DNA of 48,704 bases, from positions 1 to 48,704 of IMG/VR virus record IMGVR_UViG_3300010382_000021; one strand, written 5' to 3'. Position numbers and translations under genes: made by a program. The DNA is from a virus. Lineage: Duplodnaviria; Caudoviricetes. Shown piece after piece: positions 36,883-46,727 of this stretch. The notes under the pieces are model-generated. The model did no database searches, was not told the origin of the DNA, and was given only the letters and a program-made list of their open reading frames with translations. Numbering within the stretch: position 1 is the stretch's first letter; each line of letters opens with the position of its first letter.

Positions 36883-39103
36883 ATATTGCAACCTGATAGG
36901 ATACAATAAGGTATCTGATGAGTACAGCCTTATAACACAGGGCTTTAATGTCGTAGACGCCGATGTAAGCGCTCTTCAGACAGAAGTAAGCGAAATAGTG
37001 AGAGGGGACGCCAATGCTGAAGTAGGCCAGGCCCACGTGTCCACAGTTAAAGGAGAGGTATTTGAAACAATAAAAGACAGATTCGAGGCAGCAGAAACAG
37101 ATACGATATCCCTCCAGAATGAAGTTTTGAATTCAGTCCCAGTAGGCACAGTATCCCTCTCCACCGAATCCCCTGTAGCCAGCATAGATGCAAAAGTCAG
37201 CGGCGGACTCAATTTTGAGATGGAAGCAAGTCCGCTGTTGGTGAATATCGTAAAGAATGGTAATTTTGCAAACGGGACTACAGGATGGACAACTACTGGT
37301 AGTACTTTATCTGTAGCCAATAATATTTTATCTGTTACCGGAAGTGGTTCAGTGATAGAACCCGATACCAGACACAGCACAGGCTATTCATTAAGCACGG
37401 GTAGGAAAATTTATGTAAGAGCTGAACTAAAAGTAACTAATAGCGATTGTACAGAGGTAGCTGTCTATTTGCACGATAATGCTGCTTTTTTGGCACTGGT
37501 TGAAGGAAAGGCGTCTCCCGCAATAAATCAAGCATATACATTTTCAGGTGTATATCTAACAACAGGTAATGTTTCCAATCTTGTTGTTAGATTAAGACAC
37601 GTGTATTCTAGTGCAGCTATAGCTAATGGAAAAGTTATGGAAGCGCAGCGAGTAATGGCTGTAGATATTAGCGATTATCCGGTAGAAAAACAGACACAGG
37701 TATGGTGTGACGCCAACTTGCCCTACGTCAATGGCATACAACCTATGATGGGGCTGTATTTGCAGAGCTGCGGGAAGAATTTGTTTGATAAGGGCAGCTT
37801 GATGCCCGGACAGTATAATGGTACTAACACAAGCACACATAAACACAGTGGATTAATACCGTTGGTGGTAGGTAATCAATATTATTTTAGCGGTAACCAT
37901 GTTGCCATAAGGCAGTTTGACAGTAATAGAAATTATATATCAGTGGTGAACACAACAACGAGTAGGGCATATACTGCCAATTATCCTTACATAATGATTG
38001 AGAATTACTATGGATTAACAGAGACTTACTTTGATGACATACAGCTCGAAGAAGGCACAACAGTCACAGCCTACGAACCATATCAAGGCAGCGAATTGCT
38101 TGTAGACGGTGAATTTGCAGGGATAGACAATTACAGGGATAAACTAAGCTATGAGAATGGTGTAGCAAAAAAGCTGGCGAAGGTAAAGAAGTATGTTTTG
38201 CAGGCAAGTGATATAACTAATCTTATAACATCACAAGTAGCAGTAGATTATATAATTGCTGTTGCCCCACCTGACTGTATAAATTTAGGGAGTAGCACAG
38301 CTTTAACAGGCTATGTAAAAATCGCTGGAAAAGCTGAAACCATACTTCAAGAAACTATTCCTGCAAGTGATGCTGGTAACTTTTTTACTGGCTTTGCATC
38401 TAGTCAAAATAGAATAAACTTTATAGCTTCAAAAGGCACCTATGCCAGCCTTGCAGCAGCACAAGCAGCCCTTGCCGGTACAGAGATATGGTACGTCCTT
38501 GCGCAACCTATAGAGGAAATCCTTCCTACTCCAATTAATGGATGGTCAGTATACAAAGGCAAGACTACAATAAGCCTGCAGACAGGGATTGTTAAGGAGA
38601 AGGCTAATCCAATATTTATGCAATCAACATCTAAGTATTATATTAACCGCAATACCTCAGTTGCCATAGACACCACAGCCTCAAAGACAAAATGTGCAAC
38701 AGAACGTATTAAAAGCATCCTAAAAAATGGTATAGAAAACATTAATAATTGGTTGATAACCAGAAATGACCCTACAGCCTATGCTTTTGGGAGGGAAAGG
38801 GCAGAAATACCTCAAGCCAACTTTGACCCCACAGCAACCTACGAAGTCCTCTACGAAGCTCTCCCTGAAGAATACAACAACCAGCAGGCAGCCATAACAG
38901 CAGAGTATGTGGAGAATCTGCTGGACAGCCATAATGAGCTCGTAAAGACGGTAAGCAATGTCCAAGCTAATGTAGCTGATGTGTGGCTCAGCCTGCTGCC
39001 TCTGGCCGAGAAGGAGCTAAAGATGGCAGCCGTTGCAAACCTGACAACAGAGACAACCACGGACCTGAAGAATAAAATCAACGAAATACTTAATATATGG
39101 TAG
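36872..39103 (+). CDS. Tail fibre / receptor-binding protein with carbohydrate-binding-like modules
   Basis: NAEV.QA...RF motif; NIVKNGNF.NGTTGW; GKNLFD...QLEEG...TAYEPY. Confidence 0.8.
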   Translation: MANKYCNLIGYNKVSDEYSLITQGFNVVDADVSALQTEVSEIVRGDANAEVGQAHVSTVKGEVFETIKDRFEAAETDTISLQNEVLNSVPVGTVSLSTESPVASIDAKVSGGLNFEMEASPLLVNIVKNGNFANGTTGWTTTGSTLSVANNILSVTGSGSVIEPDTRHSTGYSLSTGRKIYVRAELKVTNSDCTEVAVYLHDNAAFLALVEGKASPAINQAYTFSGVYLTTGNVSNLVVRLRHVYSSAAIANGKVMEAQRVMAVDISDYPVEKQTQVWCDANLPYVNGIQPMMGLYLQSCGKNLFDKGSLMPGQYNGTNTSTHKHSGLIPLVVGNQYYFSGNHVAIRQFDSNRNYISVVNTTTSRAYTANYPYIMIENYYGLTETYFDDIQLEEGTTVTAYEPYQGSELLVDGEFAGIDNYRDKLSYENGVAKKLAKVKKYVLQASDITNLITSQVAVDYIIAVAPPDCINLGSSTALTGYVKIAGKAETILQETIPASDAGNFFTGFASSQNRINFIASKGTYASLAAAQAALAGTEIWYVLAQPIEEILPTPINGWSVYKGKTTISLQTGIVKEKANPIFMQSTSKYYINRNTSVAIDTTASKTKCATERIKSILKNGIENINNWLITRNDPTAYAFGRERAEIPQANFDPTATYEVLYEALPEEYNNQQAAITAEYVENLLDSHNELVKTVSNVQANVADVWLSLLPLAEKELKMAAVANLTTETTTDLKNKINEILNIW

Positions 39104-39115
39104 GAGGAGTGAATT

Positions 39116-39319
39116 ATGGGTGAATTACTATGGGGCGTAATAGTACAGAAATGTCCTGAAATTGCCGCATCTATCGAAAATAAGATAGCTGAAGAGGTAG
39201 GCAAGAAGCAGGCTGAAATTGATACTCTTAATACAAAGCTGGTCCAGGCTGAAGCAGATAATATTATCGCCCTTGAGGCCCTAGCTGAAGTCTACGAAAT
39301 GATTATAGGAGGAATATAG
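39116..39319 (+). CDS. Small coiled-coil protein downstream of the fibre
   Basis: ALEALAEVYEM motif. Confidence 0.7.
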   Translation: MGELLWGVIVQKCPEIAASIENKIAEEVGKKQAEIDTLNTKLVQAEADNIIALEALAEVYEMIIGGI

Positions 39320-39320
39320 C

Positions 39321-39434
39321 ATGGCAGAAGTATACTACAAGCTGGTAAAGGCTGGCAGGAGGACAATCGACCAGGTACCGGAAGCTATAAGAGCAGAGGT
39401 CCAGGCGCTCCTGGATGCCGAGGGGCAGGGATGA
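39321..39434 (+). CDS. CD1375-like small protein (37 aa)
   Basis: MAEVYYKLVKAGRRTIDQVPEAIRAEVQALL. Confidence 0.75.
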   Translation: MAEVYYKLVKAGRRTIDQVPEAIRAEVQALLDAEGQG

Positions 39435-39625
39435 AGCTGCTAAACATATTAAGGCTGATACTGGCCTTATGGAGAGGAGGGATAGTTGTGGTAGATGTAT
39501 ATGTTGCTTTGATCGTAAAGCATAGAAGAACCATTGAGCAGGTACCGGAGCAGCTGAGAGCTGCCGTAATGGCAGAGCTGGAAGCGCTAGGATTGGACGG
39601 CAATGGCGATCCGGTAGAAAACTAG
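39431..39625 (+). CDS. CD1375-like small protein
   Basis: VYVALIV..RRTIEQVP.QLR..V...L.ALGLD. Confidence 0.75.
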   Translation: MKLLNILRLILALWRGGIVVVDVYVALIVKHRRTIEQVPEQLRAAVMAELEALGLDGNGDPVEN

Positions 39626-39695
39626 ATGTATGACAGGGGCAAGGCAGGAGCTTAGCTCTTTTGTTTTGCCCTGAATTCGACAGAAGGCGGGTGAG

Positions 39696-39953
39696 GTGAT
39701 GGGGGATTCAATATGTACTGAAAAACACAAACGTATTGACGAGCAGCTGCAGGTGCATGACCGCAGACTGAATGATCACGCGAAGCAATTGGATTCGCTC
39801 CAGGTGGACAGCAGGGAGTATAAGATCCAGATACAAAACTTATGCAAGGATATAGGCAACCTTGTTACGACCCTTAGGTGGTTCATGGGGCTGATGGTAG
39901 GAGCTTTTGTAAGCTTCTTTTTTTATGCTGTCCAACAAGGAATATTCAAATAA
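39696..39953 (+). CDS. XhlA-family hemolysin/holin-like protein
   Basis: Coiled coil plus C-terminal TM ending FFFYAVQ. Confidence 0.82.
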   Translation: MMGDSICTEKHKRIDEQLQVHDRRLNDHAKQLDSLQVDSREYKIQIQNLCKDIGNLVTTLRWFMGLMVGAFVSFFFYAVQQGIFK

Positions 39954-39970
39954 AAGGAGGTAAAGTAAAA

Positions 39971-40222
39971 ATGGATATTATGCAGTATATAACTCAGGAG
40001 GCCCTTATACTTATACCGGTGCTGTGGATCATTGGGGCGATCCTCAAAGCAACACCAAACGTACCTAATTGGATAATACCCTATGTCCTGCTTGCTGCCG
40101 GCGTAGTAGGGGCTGTGCTGTTAATGGGCAGCAATCCACAGGCTTATATACAGGGTGTGCTGGTGGCCGGCGCTGCTGTTCTGGGGCACCAGCTTGTAAA
40201 GCAGGCTAAAGAGGGTGATTAA
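39971..40222 (+). CDS. Phage holin
   Basis: ILIPVLWIIG..LK...W.IP..L; QGVL.AG.AV..HQ..KQ. Confidence 0.88.
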   Translation: MDIMQYITQEALILIPVLWIIGAILKATPNVPNWIIPYVLLAAGVVGAVLLMGSNPQAYIQGVLVAGAAVLGHQLVKQAKEGD

Positions 40223-40224
40223 GC

Positions 40225-40824
40225 ATGATCAACAGCAGGAAATTAGAGGACCTGCATCCGGTGGTCCGGGAACTTTGCAACAGGCATATTGCTGCCTGCA
40301 AAGCCCGGGGAGCCACCATCCAGGTGACAAACACCCTCCGGGATGCTGAGTACCAGGCATACTTATATGCCCAGGGGAGGACCAGGGCCGGCAGTATAGT
40401 AACAAACATGCAGCACATAGGTCCGCACGGCTTTGGCCTGGCATATGACGTTGTACCTGTGGTTAATGGCAATGCAGTATGGGGCGATAACAAATTGTGG
40501 GCCGTTGCCGGCGAAGAGGGAAAGAAACTGGGGCTCACCTGGGGAGGAGACTGGAAAAGCATTGTTGACAAGCCGCACTTTGAATATACTGGGAGCCTGA
40601 CAGCGGCGCAACTCCGGGCAGGTCAGCGGCCGAGCTGGTGGGAGGTGAAGCAGTTGGACTGGAAGGAGATACTATACAAAGTAGCAAGCAATCCGGAAGA
40701 GTGGGAGAATGCAATTAATGTTGCTGTAGCAGCTGCAAAAGCAGATGGAAACCTGGGAGCGCTGGAGATATTCAAGTTCCTTCCGGAGCTGATAGAGAAA
40801 GTGCATAATAATGCCAAAGAATGA
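40225..40824 (+). CDS. Endolysin, M15-family (L-Ala-D-Glu) peptidase
   Basis: R....Q..LYAQGRT, H.FGLAYD, WGGDW, D.PHFE. Confidence 0.92.
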   Translation: MINSRKLEDLHPVVRELCNRHIAACKARGATIQVTNTLRDAEYQAYLYAQGRTRAGSIVTNMQHIGPHGFGLAYDVVPVVNGNAVWGDNKLWAVAGEEGKKLGLTWGGDWKSIVDKPHFEYTGSLTAAQLRAGQRPSWWEVKQLDWKEILYKVASNPEEWENAINVAVAAAKADGNLGALEIFKFLPELIEKVHNNAKE

Positions 40825-40859
40825 GAAAGCTGCAAATAAAGATGAATATGGAGGCATGT

Positions 40860-41225
40860 ATGAGAAAGTGTTTAATATTCGTTTTGGCCTTGTTCCTTAT
40901 ATTTACGGCGGGCTGCGGAAACAACAGCAAGCCAGCAATGCCGGCCAGCGCTGAGGACATCGACGGTCCCCAGGAGGAATATACCGTCAACATCGATACA
41001 GTAAAGCAGGGAGAGATAACATATAAAAAGCTGGTAATCCACAACCATACTGAATATGCCGATACCGAAGAGAGCATTATGGAACAGAGCAAGGAGCTTT
41101 TGCATGAAGTATCCGGAAAGTATGATCCTGGTGGATACGGAGAGACAAGTATAATTTTTTATAAGGGGAAAGGCATGTACTGCGTTGTGGATGCGGGTAG
41201 TATGGAAATAAGTTATGTTGAATGA
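40860..41225 (+). CDS. Putative lipoprotein
   Basis: Signal peptide with TAGC lipobox. Confidence 0.75.
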   Translation: MRKCLIFVLALFLIFTAGCGNNSKPAMPASAEDIDGPQEEYTVNIDTVKQGEITYKKLVIHNHTEYADTEESIMEQSKELLHEVSGKYDPGGYGETSIIFYKGKGMYCVVDAGSMEISYVE

Positions 41226-41226
41226 T

Positions 41227-41262
41227 GGAGGTAGCCTTTGGCTGCCTCCTTTTTTATTTTTT
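41227..41262 (+). terminator. Rho-independent terminator ending the late operon
   Basis: GGAGGTAGC-cttt-GGCTGCCTCC followed by a T-tract. Confidence 0.85.
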
Positions 41263-41296
41263 GTAAGAAAATATGTAAATATTTCCCCTGAAGGTA

Positions 41297-41325
41297 TTGC
41301 AAATGATATACATATGTAGTACAAT
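41297..41325 (+). promoter_or_regulatory. sigmaA promoter of the accessory operon
   Basis: TTGCAA-17 nt-TACAAT, overlapped by the palindrome TGTAGTACA. Confidence 0.7.
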
Positions 41326-41358
41326 AAGATTAAGGATAAGATGAAAGGGGATAAAAAA

Positions 41359-41562
41359 ATGACACTCAGAGATTTGTCAGAAAACATGGAGATAGTAGCT
41401 GATATAGTAATCAAAAAATGGAATTATAAAGAAGAAAAATACATCATCCTTGCAGAGACTGGCGAGGAAATAGTTGCTAAAGGGTTACTTGATGCGGACA
41501 TCAAAAGTCTTATCACAGCAACGCATCCAACACACGGAAGTGTCTTAATAGTCGAAATATAA
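41359..41562 (+). CDS. Hypothetical protein
   Basis: AAAGGGG SD. Confidence 0.65.
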   Translation: MTLRDLSENMEIVADIVIKKWNYKEEKYIILAETGEEIVAKGLLDADIKSLITATHPTHGSVLIVEI

Positions 41563-41576
41563 GGGGGGAGAGTAAT

Positions 41577-41750
41577 ATGAAAAGATTATATTGTCAATAT
41601 TGCGGACGGTTGCTGTCAGAGGGTTGTGATTGCTTAAGAGAAGCGGCAGAAGCCGAGAAGGAGTTTATAGAAGATTACGAAAACAGCCCAGAGACGCTTT
41701 ACGGATGGGCACAGCAAGATTTGATAGACCTGCGAAATTTTGAAAGATAA
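41577..41750 (+). CDS. Small Cys-motif protein (57 aa)
   Basis: GGGGGAG SD; YCQYCG...CDC. Confidence 0.65.
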   Translation: MKRLYCQYCGRLLSEGCDCLREAAEAEKEFIEDYENSPETLYGWAQQDLIDLRNFER

Positions 41751-41819
41751 CCCGCCTGACGATGGCCTGCTGGGTACAGGCCGAAACAATGATCCGGCAC
41801 ATTGCCGGGGAGTCGCGGG
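41751..41819 (+). ncRNA. Hammerhead ribozyme, type I (variant with extra U after A9)
   Basis: Stem I CCCGC/GCGGG; CUGACGA; stem II GGCCUG/CAGGCC; GAAAC; GUC cleavage triplet at 41812-41814. Confidence 0.8.
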
Positions 41820-41895
41820 AACCCGCCACGAGGGAGAAATGCATAGCTCCCCTTCATATAGATTGTTCCTTGATAAGTTGATGGAGGTTGATAAA

Positions 41896-43032
41896 ATGGC
41901 ATGGTATTATGGGACTTTTTCATGCGGTCATGAAGGCCGTGTAAATATAGTAGGACCCACAAAAAATAGACAATGGATAGCAGACAAAAAGTTCTCCGGC
42001 CTATGCGAAGAATGCTATGAAAAGAAGCTTGCCGAAGATAGAGAAAGAGAGAACGCCGCTGCAGCCGAGAAGGCAAAGGAAATGGAACTTCCGGAGCTCA
42101 AAGGAAGTGAGAAACAAGTAGCCTGGGCAAATACTTTGAGGCAGAAGTTAATCGATAATGTAGAGGAAATATTAGAAGACATAGAAGAAAGAAAAGGCAA
42201 TAGAGACTTAGCGAATTCTATATTTGATTATATTTTGACCAACAAAACAGAAGCAAAATGGTATATCGATAACCGTGTTTGCTTCGGAAATCATAAAATG
42301 CTAGAAATATTATTCGACGATATACACAAAGAAATGCCGACAGAAGAAAAGATTAGGGAAGAAAAGGCTATTGCCGAAATAAATGCTGAAGCCACAGTAT
42401 ATCCGGAAAACTGTAGGACAAATGCAACCGTTGAAATTAGAATATTGGATGGTAAAGTTGCTGCCATATTTGAAAAAGACGATAGATTCATGAGGATTGT
42501 GAAAGAACTTAATTATAGTTGGAGCGGTCAAGCATGGGAAAGAAGGATTGGGCTTACAACCGGATCTGCTGTGGATCGTGCTGCCGAATTAGGTAATAAG
42601 CTCCTTAATGCCGGATTCCCAATAATACTAATTGATAATGAAGCCAGGGAGAAGGCTATTAATGGTACTTACGAACCTCAATGCAAACGTTGGATAGCAA
42701 AAAGAACAAAGGGAGAATATGCCGGATGGTTTTCTATTGGGTGGACAGATGGAAGTGATTTATACGATATGGCAAGGAGGCTTCCAGGCTCAAGATACGA
42801 TAGGCCGAATGTAATGGTAAAACCGGAACATTATGAAGAAGTTGAGGATTTTGCGAATATGTATGGCTTCAGATTAAGCCCCGGAACTGTGGAATTAATC
42901 GAATCTGCAAAAGCTGCCAAAGATGCAGCATTGAAGGTTAACCCGGCGAAGGTTGTTGATCCAGAAGCAAAAGATGGATTAAAAGAAATATTGAACTCAG
43001 GAAGTGATATCCTTGATGACCTTAAAGACTGA
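41896..43032 (+). CDS. Conserved hypothetical protein (Zn-binding N-terminus)
   Basis: SCGH...LCEECY; LPEL.GSEKQVAWA..LR; GGAGGT SD. Confidence 0.8.
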   Translation: MAWYYGTFSCGHEGRVNIVGPTKNRQWIADKKFSGLCEECYEKKLAEDRERENAAAAEKAKEMELPELKGSEKQVAWANTLRQKLIDNVEEILEDIEERKGNRDLANSIFDYILTNKTEAKWYIDNRVCFGNHKMLEILFDDIHKEMPTEEKIREEKAIAEINAEATVYPENCRTNATVEIRILDGKVAAIFEKDDRFMRIVKELNYSWSGQAWERRIGLTTGSAVDRAAELGNKLLNAGFPIILIDNEAREKAINGTYEPQCKRWIAKRTKGEYAGWFSIGWTDGSDLYDMARRLPGSRYDRPNVMVKPEHYEEVEDFANMYGFRLSPGTVELIESAKAAKDAALKVNPAKVVDPEAKDGLKEILNSGSDILDDLKD

Positions 43033-44428
43033 ACTTAAGCCCCACCAGGTACCTGCTGTTGAAAAGCTTATCCATATAAAAGTCGGTGCTCTCTATATGG
43101 AGCAGGGTACCGGCAAGACAAGAACCGCATTGGACCTTATCGCACAGCGGATAAATTCCGGGAAAGTAGATAAAGTACTATGGCTATGTCCTTGTTCTGT
43201 GTTTGAAACTGGTAACATTCAGGATGAGTTGATAAAGCATTTGCAATCCGGTATTGAGCTTGTTGAAATACATGGCATAGAAAGTCTATCGAGCAGCATC
43301 AAGCTTAACCTTAAGTTGCTGGACATGGTGCAGAACAACAGAGTATTTTTAGTAGTAGACGAAAGTAATCTTGTCAAAAATCACAAAAGGCTTAGAACAA
43401 TGAATATAAGACGATTGGCTGAACATTGCCAGTACAAATTGATTCTCAACGGTACCCCTATAACAAAATGTGAAAAGGACTTGTTTGCACAGTGGTATAT
43501 CCTGGATTGGCGAATATTGGGGTATCAGTCTTTCTGGAGCTTCGCGGCCAATCATCTGGAATATGATGAGAGGATCCCAGGAAAGATTAACCGGGTTTTG
43601 AATGTAGATTATCTCACCCGAAAAATAGCCCCATATACATATCAGGTTTTAAAGAAGGATTGTCTGAAACTGCCTAAGAAGATTTATAAGACCTGCTATG
43701 TAGACCTTTATGACTGGCAGCGGAACGAATATGAGCGTGTAAAATATGCTTTTCTGGCGGACATTGACGAACTTAAGCCTTATACGATATATCGGCTTTT
43801 TACAGCATTGCAGCATGTTGTAAGCGGGCATAGAATTATATCGGATGTGGATAGTCCTATGCAGACAGAATCAATATTTGGAGATCCTGAAGATAATCCG
43901 AGAATAAAAAGACTGCTGAAGCTATTGGATTCAGAAATAGAAGAGGAAAAAGCTATTATTTGGTGTAAATTTACACACGAGATAAAAACTATAGCTGAAA
44001 TCCTTAGAAAACATTATGGCGCAGAGGCAGTAGAACTATACGGTAAAGTGAGTAAGAAGAAGAGAAAAGAAATAATTAGCCTGTTCAAGGGGAAGGCACA
44101 ATATTGCGTAGCGAATAAAATATGTGGAGGTTATGGATTGAATCTTCAATTTTGCCGAAATGAAATTTATTATACGAACGATTATGATTACGCTACACGG
44201 GCACAGTCAGAAGACCGTTTGCATCGGATAGGCCAGGAAGATGATGTATATATTTATGATATATGCGCACGCCAGACTATAGACGAAAGAATTTTAAAAT
44301 GCCTATGGAAGAAAGAAAGACTGATTGACGGTTTTAGATATGCAATTGATTGTGAAAAGGATAAAGTAGCTTTAGGGAGGTGGGTAGACGGTGCCGAAGA
44401 TATACAACCCGAACAAGAATGTATATAG
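43016..44428 (+). CDS. SNF2/SF2-family helicase/ATPase
   Basis: EQGTGKT, VDES, NGTP, GYGLNLQ, QSEDRLHRIGQ. Confidence 0.9.
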   Translation: MTLKTELKPHQVPAVEKLIHIKVGALYMEQGTGKTRTALDLIAQRINSGKVDKVLWLCPCSVFETGNIQDELIKHLQSGIELVEIHGIESLSSSIKLNLKLLDMVQNNRVFLVVDESNLVKNHKRLRTMNIRRLAEHCQYKLILNGTPITKCEKDLFAQWYILDWRILGYQSFWSFAANHLEYDERIPGKINRVLNVDYLTRKIAPYTYQVLKKDCLKLPKKIYKTCYVDLYDWQRNEYERVKYAFLADIDELKPYTIYRLFTALQHVVSGHRIISDVDSPMQTESIFGDPEDNPRIKRLLKLLDSEIEEEKAIIWCKFTHEIKTIAEILRKHYGAEAVELYGKVSKKKRKEIISLFKGKAQYCVANKICGGYGLNLQFCRNEIYYTNDYDYATRAQSEDRLHRIGQEDDVYIYDICARQTIDERILKCLWKKERLIDGFRYAIDCEKDKVALGRWVDGAEDIQPEQECI

Positions 44429-45644
44429 TGCCGCTGTAGAACGTGTAGACTGGATATTGGACAATTTTCCGGCCTATTATGTCAGCTTCAGCGGGGGGAA
44501 GGACAGCGGCGTTACTCTTAATTTGGTGTTGGAACGCGCCAGGCTGAAAAATAAGTTGCCGGTTCCAGTGATGTTCTTCGATTGGGAAACCTGCTATAAG
44601 GAAACCATAGACTTTGTTGCAAGAATAATGCTCCGGGATGATGTAGAGCCATATTGGATATGTCTTCCGGAATGCGAAGATAACGGTTCAAGCATATATG
44701 AACGGTATTGGAAACCATGGGATCCCGCCAAGAGAGATAAGTGGATCCGCCCCATGCCCACATATCCTTTCGTTATAAACCAAGACAATATGCCGGAAGA
44801 ATGGAAAGCCTGGTACGATGGAAACTCATACACCTTATGGATTGTAAAGAAGTTCGGTGACTGGCTGGCAGATAAAAAAGGCGTAGATTCCATTGCTGAT
44901 ATATTGGGGCTCCGGACGGATGAAAGCTATGGCCGACATATGCTGGTTCAGGCACAGAAGAACAGAAAGAAAATGCGGAAATGGGTTTACCAGACTGCCG
45001 ACAACGGCAATAAGTCATGGATATGTCTTCCCATATATGATTGGGAAGTCTCAGATATATGGACGGCCAATGCCCAGTTCGGATGGGATTATAACAAGAC
45101 CTATGACAGATTCTACCGGGCCGGCAAGCCGCTACATGAAATGCGTATCTGTAATGCCTTTGGAGAAGTACAGAAAAACGATCTCTTCCAGTGGCAGGAG
45201 ATAGAACCGGAAACCTGGGATAAGCTTGTAGAACGTGTTGAAGGGGCTAATTTTGGAGCTATCTATAACGGAAGCAATTTGAATATTGGTAAGCTCAAGA
45301 AGCCGGCCAGCTGCACATGGGAAGAATATACTCAATTGTTGTTGAACAGTCTTCCTCCTGAGGCAAAGGCAAATTACGAATACCGGTTCGGCGTGATAAA
45401 AAGATGGTTTGAAATATATTCCGGAGAGAAGCTTAGCCTGAAGCAATGGTGGTTTGATACCAGGAAGGAAGCGAAACAAGCATCAAAGGATTTGGGTGTC
45501 AGTATTGCCTATGTGGGTTCCTGGGAGACCATGGCCGGTTTTATAATAAAAGGGGACTGGATGTGCAAGAAATATGGCTTCAAGGAATCTGAGCGTACTG
45601 ACAAGGCTATTAATGCCTTGTTTGAAAAATATAAGGATTTATAG
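44391..45644 (+). CDS. PAPS-reductase-fold protein, IbrA/YbdN (DUF3440) type
   Basis: SFSGGKDS PP-loop, W..WDP....W.R..P, GLRTDES, PIYDW...DIW, YN..YD, MRIC, RVEGANF. Confidence 0.9.
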   Translation: MPKIYNPNKNVYSAAVERVDWILDNFPAYYVSFSGGKDSGVTLNLVLERARLKNKLPVPVMFFDWETCYKETIDFVARIMLRDDVEPYWICLPECEDNGSSIYERYWKPWDPAKRDKWIRPMPTYPFVINQDNMPEEWKAWYDGNSYTLWIVKKFGDWLADKKGVDSIADILGLRTDESYGRHMLVQAQKNRKKMRKWVYQTADNGNKSWICLPIYDWEVSDIWTANAQFGWDYNKTYDRFYRAGKPLHEMRICNAFGEVQKNDLFQWQEIEPETWDKLVERVEGANFGAIYNGSNLNIGKLKKPASCTWEEYTQLLLNSLPPEAKANYEYRFGVIKRWFEIYSGEKLSLKQWWFDTRKEAKQASKDLGVSIAYVGSWETMAGFIIKGDWMCKKYGFKESERTDKAINALFEKYKDL

Positions 45645-45655
45645 GAGGTAGTACA

Positions 45656-46105
45656 ATGGAAATCAAGGTTTTTACCAAGGACATGCAGGGACATGATTTT
45701 TATGGATATCTAGGCCCCTATTTTGCAGATAGGAGCATTATGGAGGAAATGACGCTTCCACTGTATAATGAGCCTGGAGGCACATGGTTTGTCGGCTTTG
45801 ACGGAGAGAAAATAGCCGGCTTCTGCTGTCTATTTGAAAACAAGAGAAGTGCCAAGAACCTCAAAGGAGACGGTTATATATATTTTGATAATTTTTACAT
45901 CCCTCCGGAGTATAGGGGAAATGGCTACAGCAAGGAATTGTTTGAATATCGTCAGAAGCACACCGAACAGAATTATAAAGGATGGATCATTGAAGCAATG
46001 TCACGGGATCCACGGCAAATCAAGAATTATGAAAAATCCGGATTTATCGTAACGGGGAAACGCGGGAGCTATAAATTGTTCAGAAAGGAGATACAAAATG
46101 AGTGA
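45656..46105 (+). CDS. GNAT-family acetyltransferase
   Basis: FYIPPEYRGNGYS (motif A); YEKSGF. Confidence 0.85.
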   Translation: MEIKVFTKDMQGHDFYGYLGPYFADRSIMEEMTLPLYNEPGGTWFVGFDGEKIAGFCCLFENKRSAKNLKGDGYIYFDNFYIPPEYRGNGYSKELFEYRQKHTEQNYKGWIIEAMSRDPRQIKNYEKSGFIVTGKRGSYKLFRKEIQNE

Positions 46106-46715
46106 ATTTGAAGGACTAGTTGACTTGATAAAGATACAGCTCTCAGCAATGCCTGAAGAAGAGCGCATACAGGCCATTAACCAAATTAAAAAAGATATTG
46201 ATGAAATGAATCCTATCCAGCAGCCCGTGAGTATAGTAAAATGGGTACCCTCAGACATGGTTGTTGCAAATGATTATAATCCTAACCATGTAGCTCCGCC
46301 CGAAATGAGGCTGTTGTATAGGAGTATCAAGGAAGACGGCTATACACAGCCGATTGTAACTGTATGGGATGAGCAGCTCGGAAAATTTGTTGTTGTTGAC
46401 GGATTCCATCGCAACAGGGTTGGTAAGGAATATAAGGATATAAATAAAACTGTCAAAAATCATCTTCCTATAGTAGAACTAGAAAAATCCATGAATGAGC
46501 GTATGGCAAGCACAATAAGACATAATAGGGCCAGGGGAAAACATGGGATAGACGGTATGACTGATGTAGTGGCTGAAATGCTTTTGCAGGGCTGGGATGA
46601 TACAAGGGTCGCGCAGGAACTTGGAATGGATCTCGATGAATTTTTAAGGCTTAAGCAAAATACCGGTATTGCTGAATTGTTTAAAAACAGAGAATTTTCC
46701 CATTCATGGGAATAA
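46098..46715 (+). CDS. IbrB/YbdM-type ParB/Srx-domain protein
   Basis: ANDYNPN.VAPPEM.LL..SI.EDGYTQPIV, VVDGFHR, STIRHNRARG.H. Confidence 0.92.
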   Translation: MSEFEGLVDLIKIQLSAMPEEERIQAINQIKKDIDEMNPIQQPVSIVKWVPSDMVVANDYNPNHVAPPEMRLLYRSIKEDGYTQPIVTVWDEQLGKFVVVDGFHRNRVGKEYKDINKTVKNHLPIVELEKSMNERMASTIRHNRARGKHGIDGMTDVVAEMLLQGWDDTRVAQELGMDLDEFLRLKQNTGIAELFKNREFSHSWE

Positions 46716-46727
46716 TGGAGGAGAATT

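Noticed and set aside
41740-41895. N-terminal extension of the 430-aa ORF
   Set aside because: Overlaps the hammerhead; the SD-supported start is ATG 41896
44391-45644. Sulfate-assimilation CysH or a complete Dnd/Ssp system
   Set aside because: Motifs and the IbrB neighbour fit the IbrA/DUF3440 type; no cys, dndD/E or sspBC genes are present
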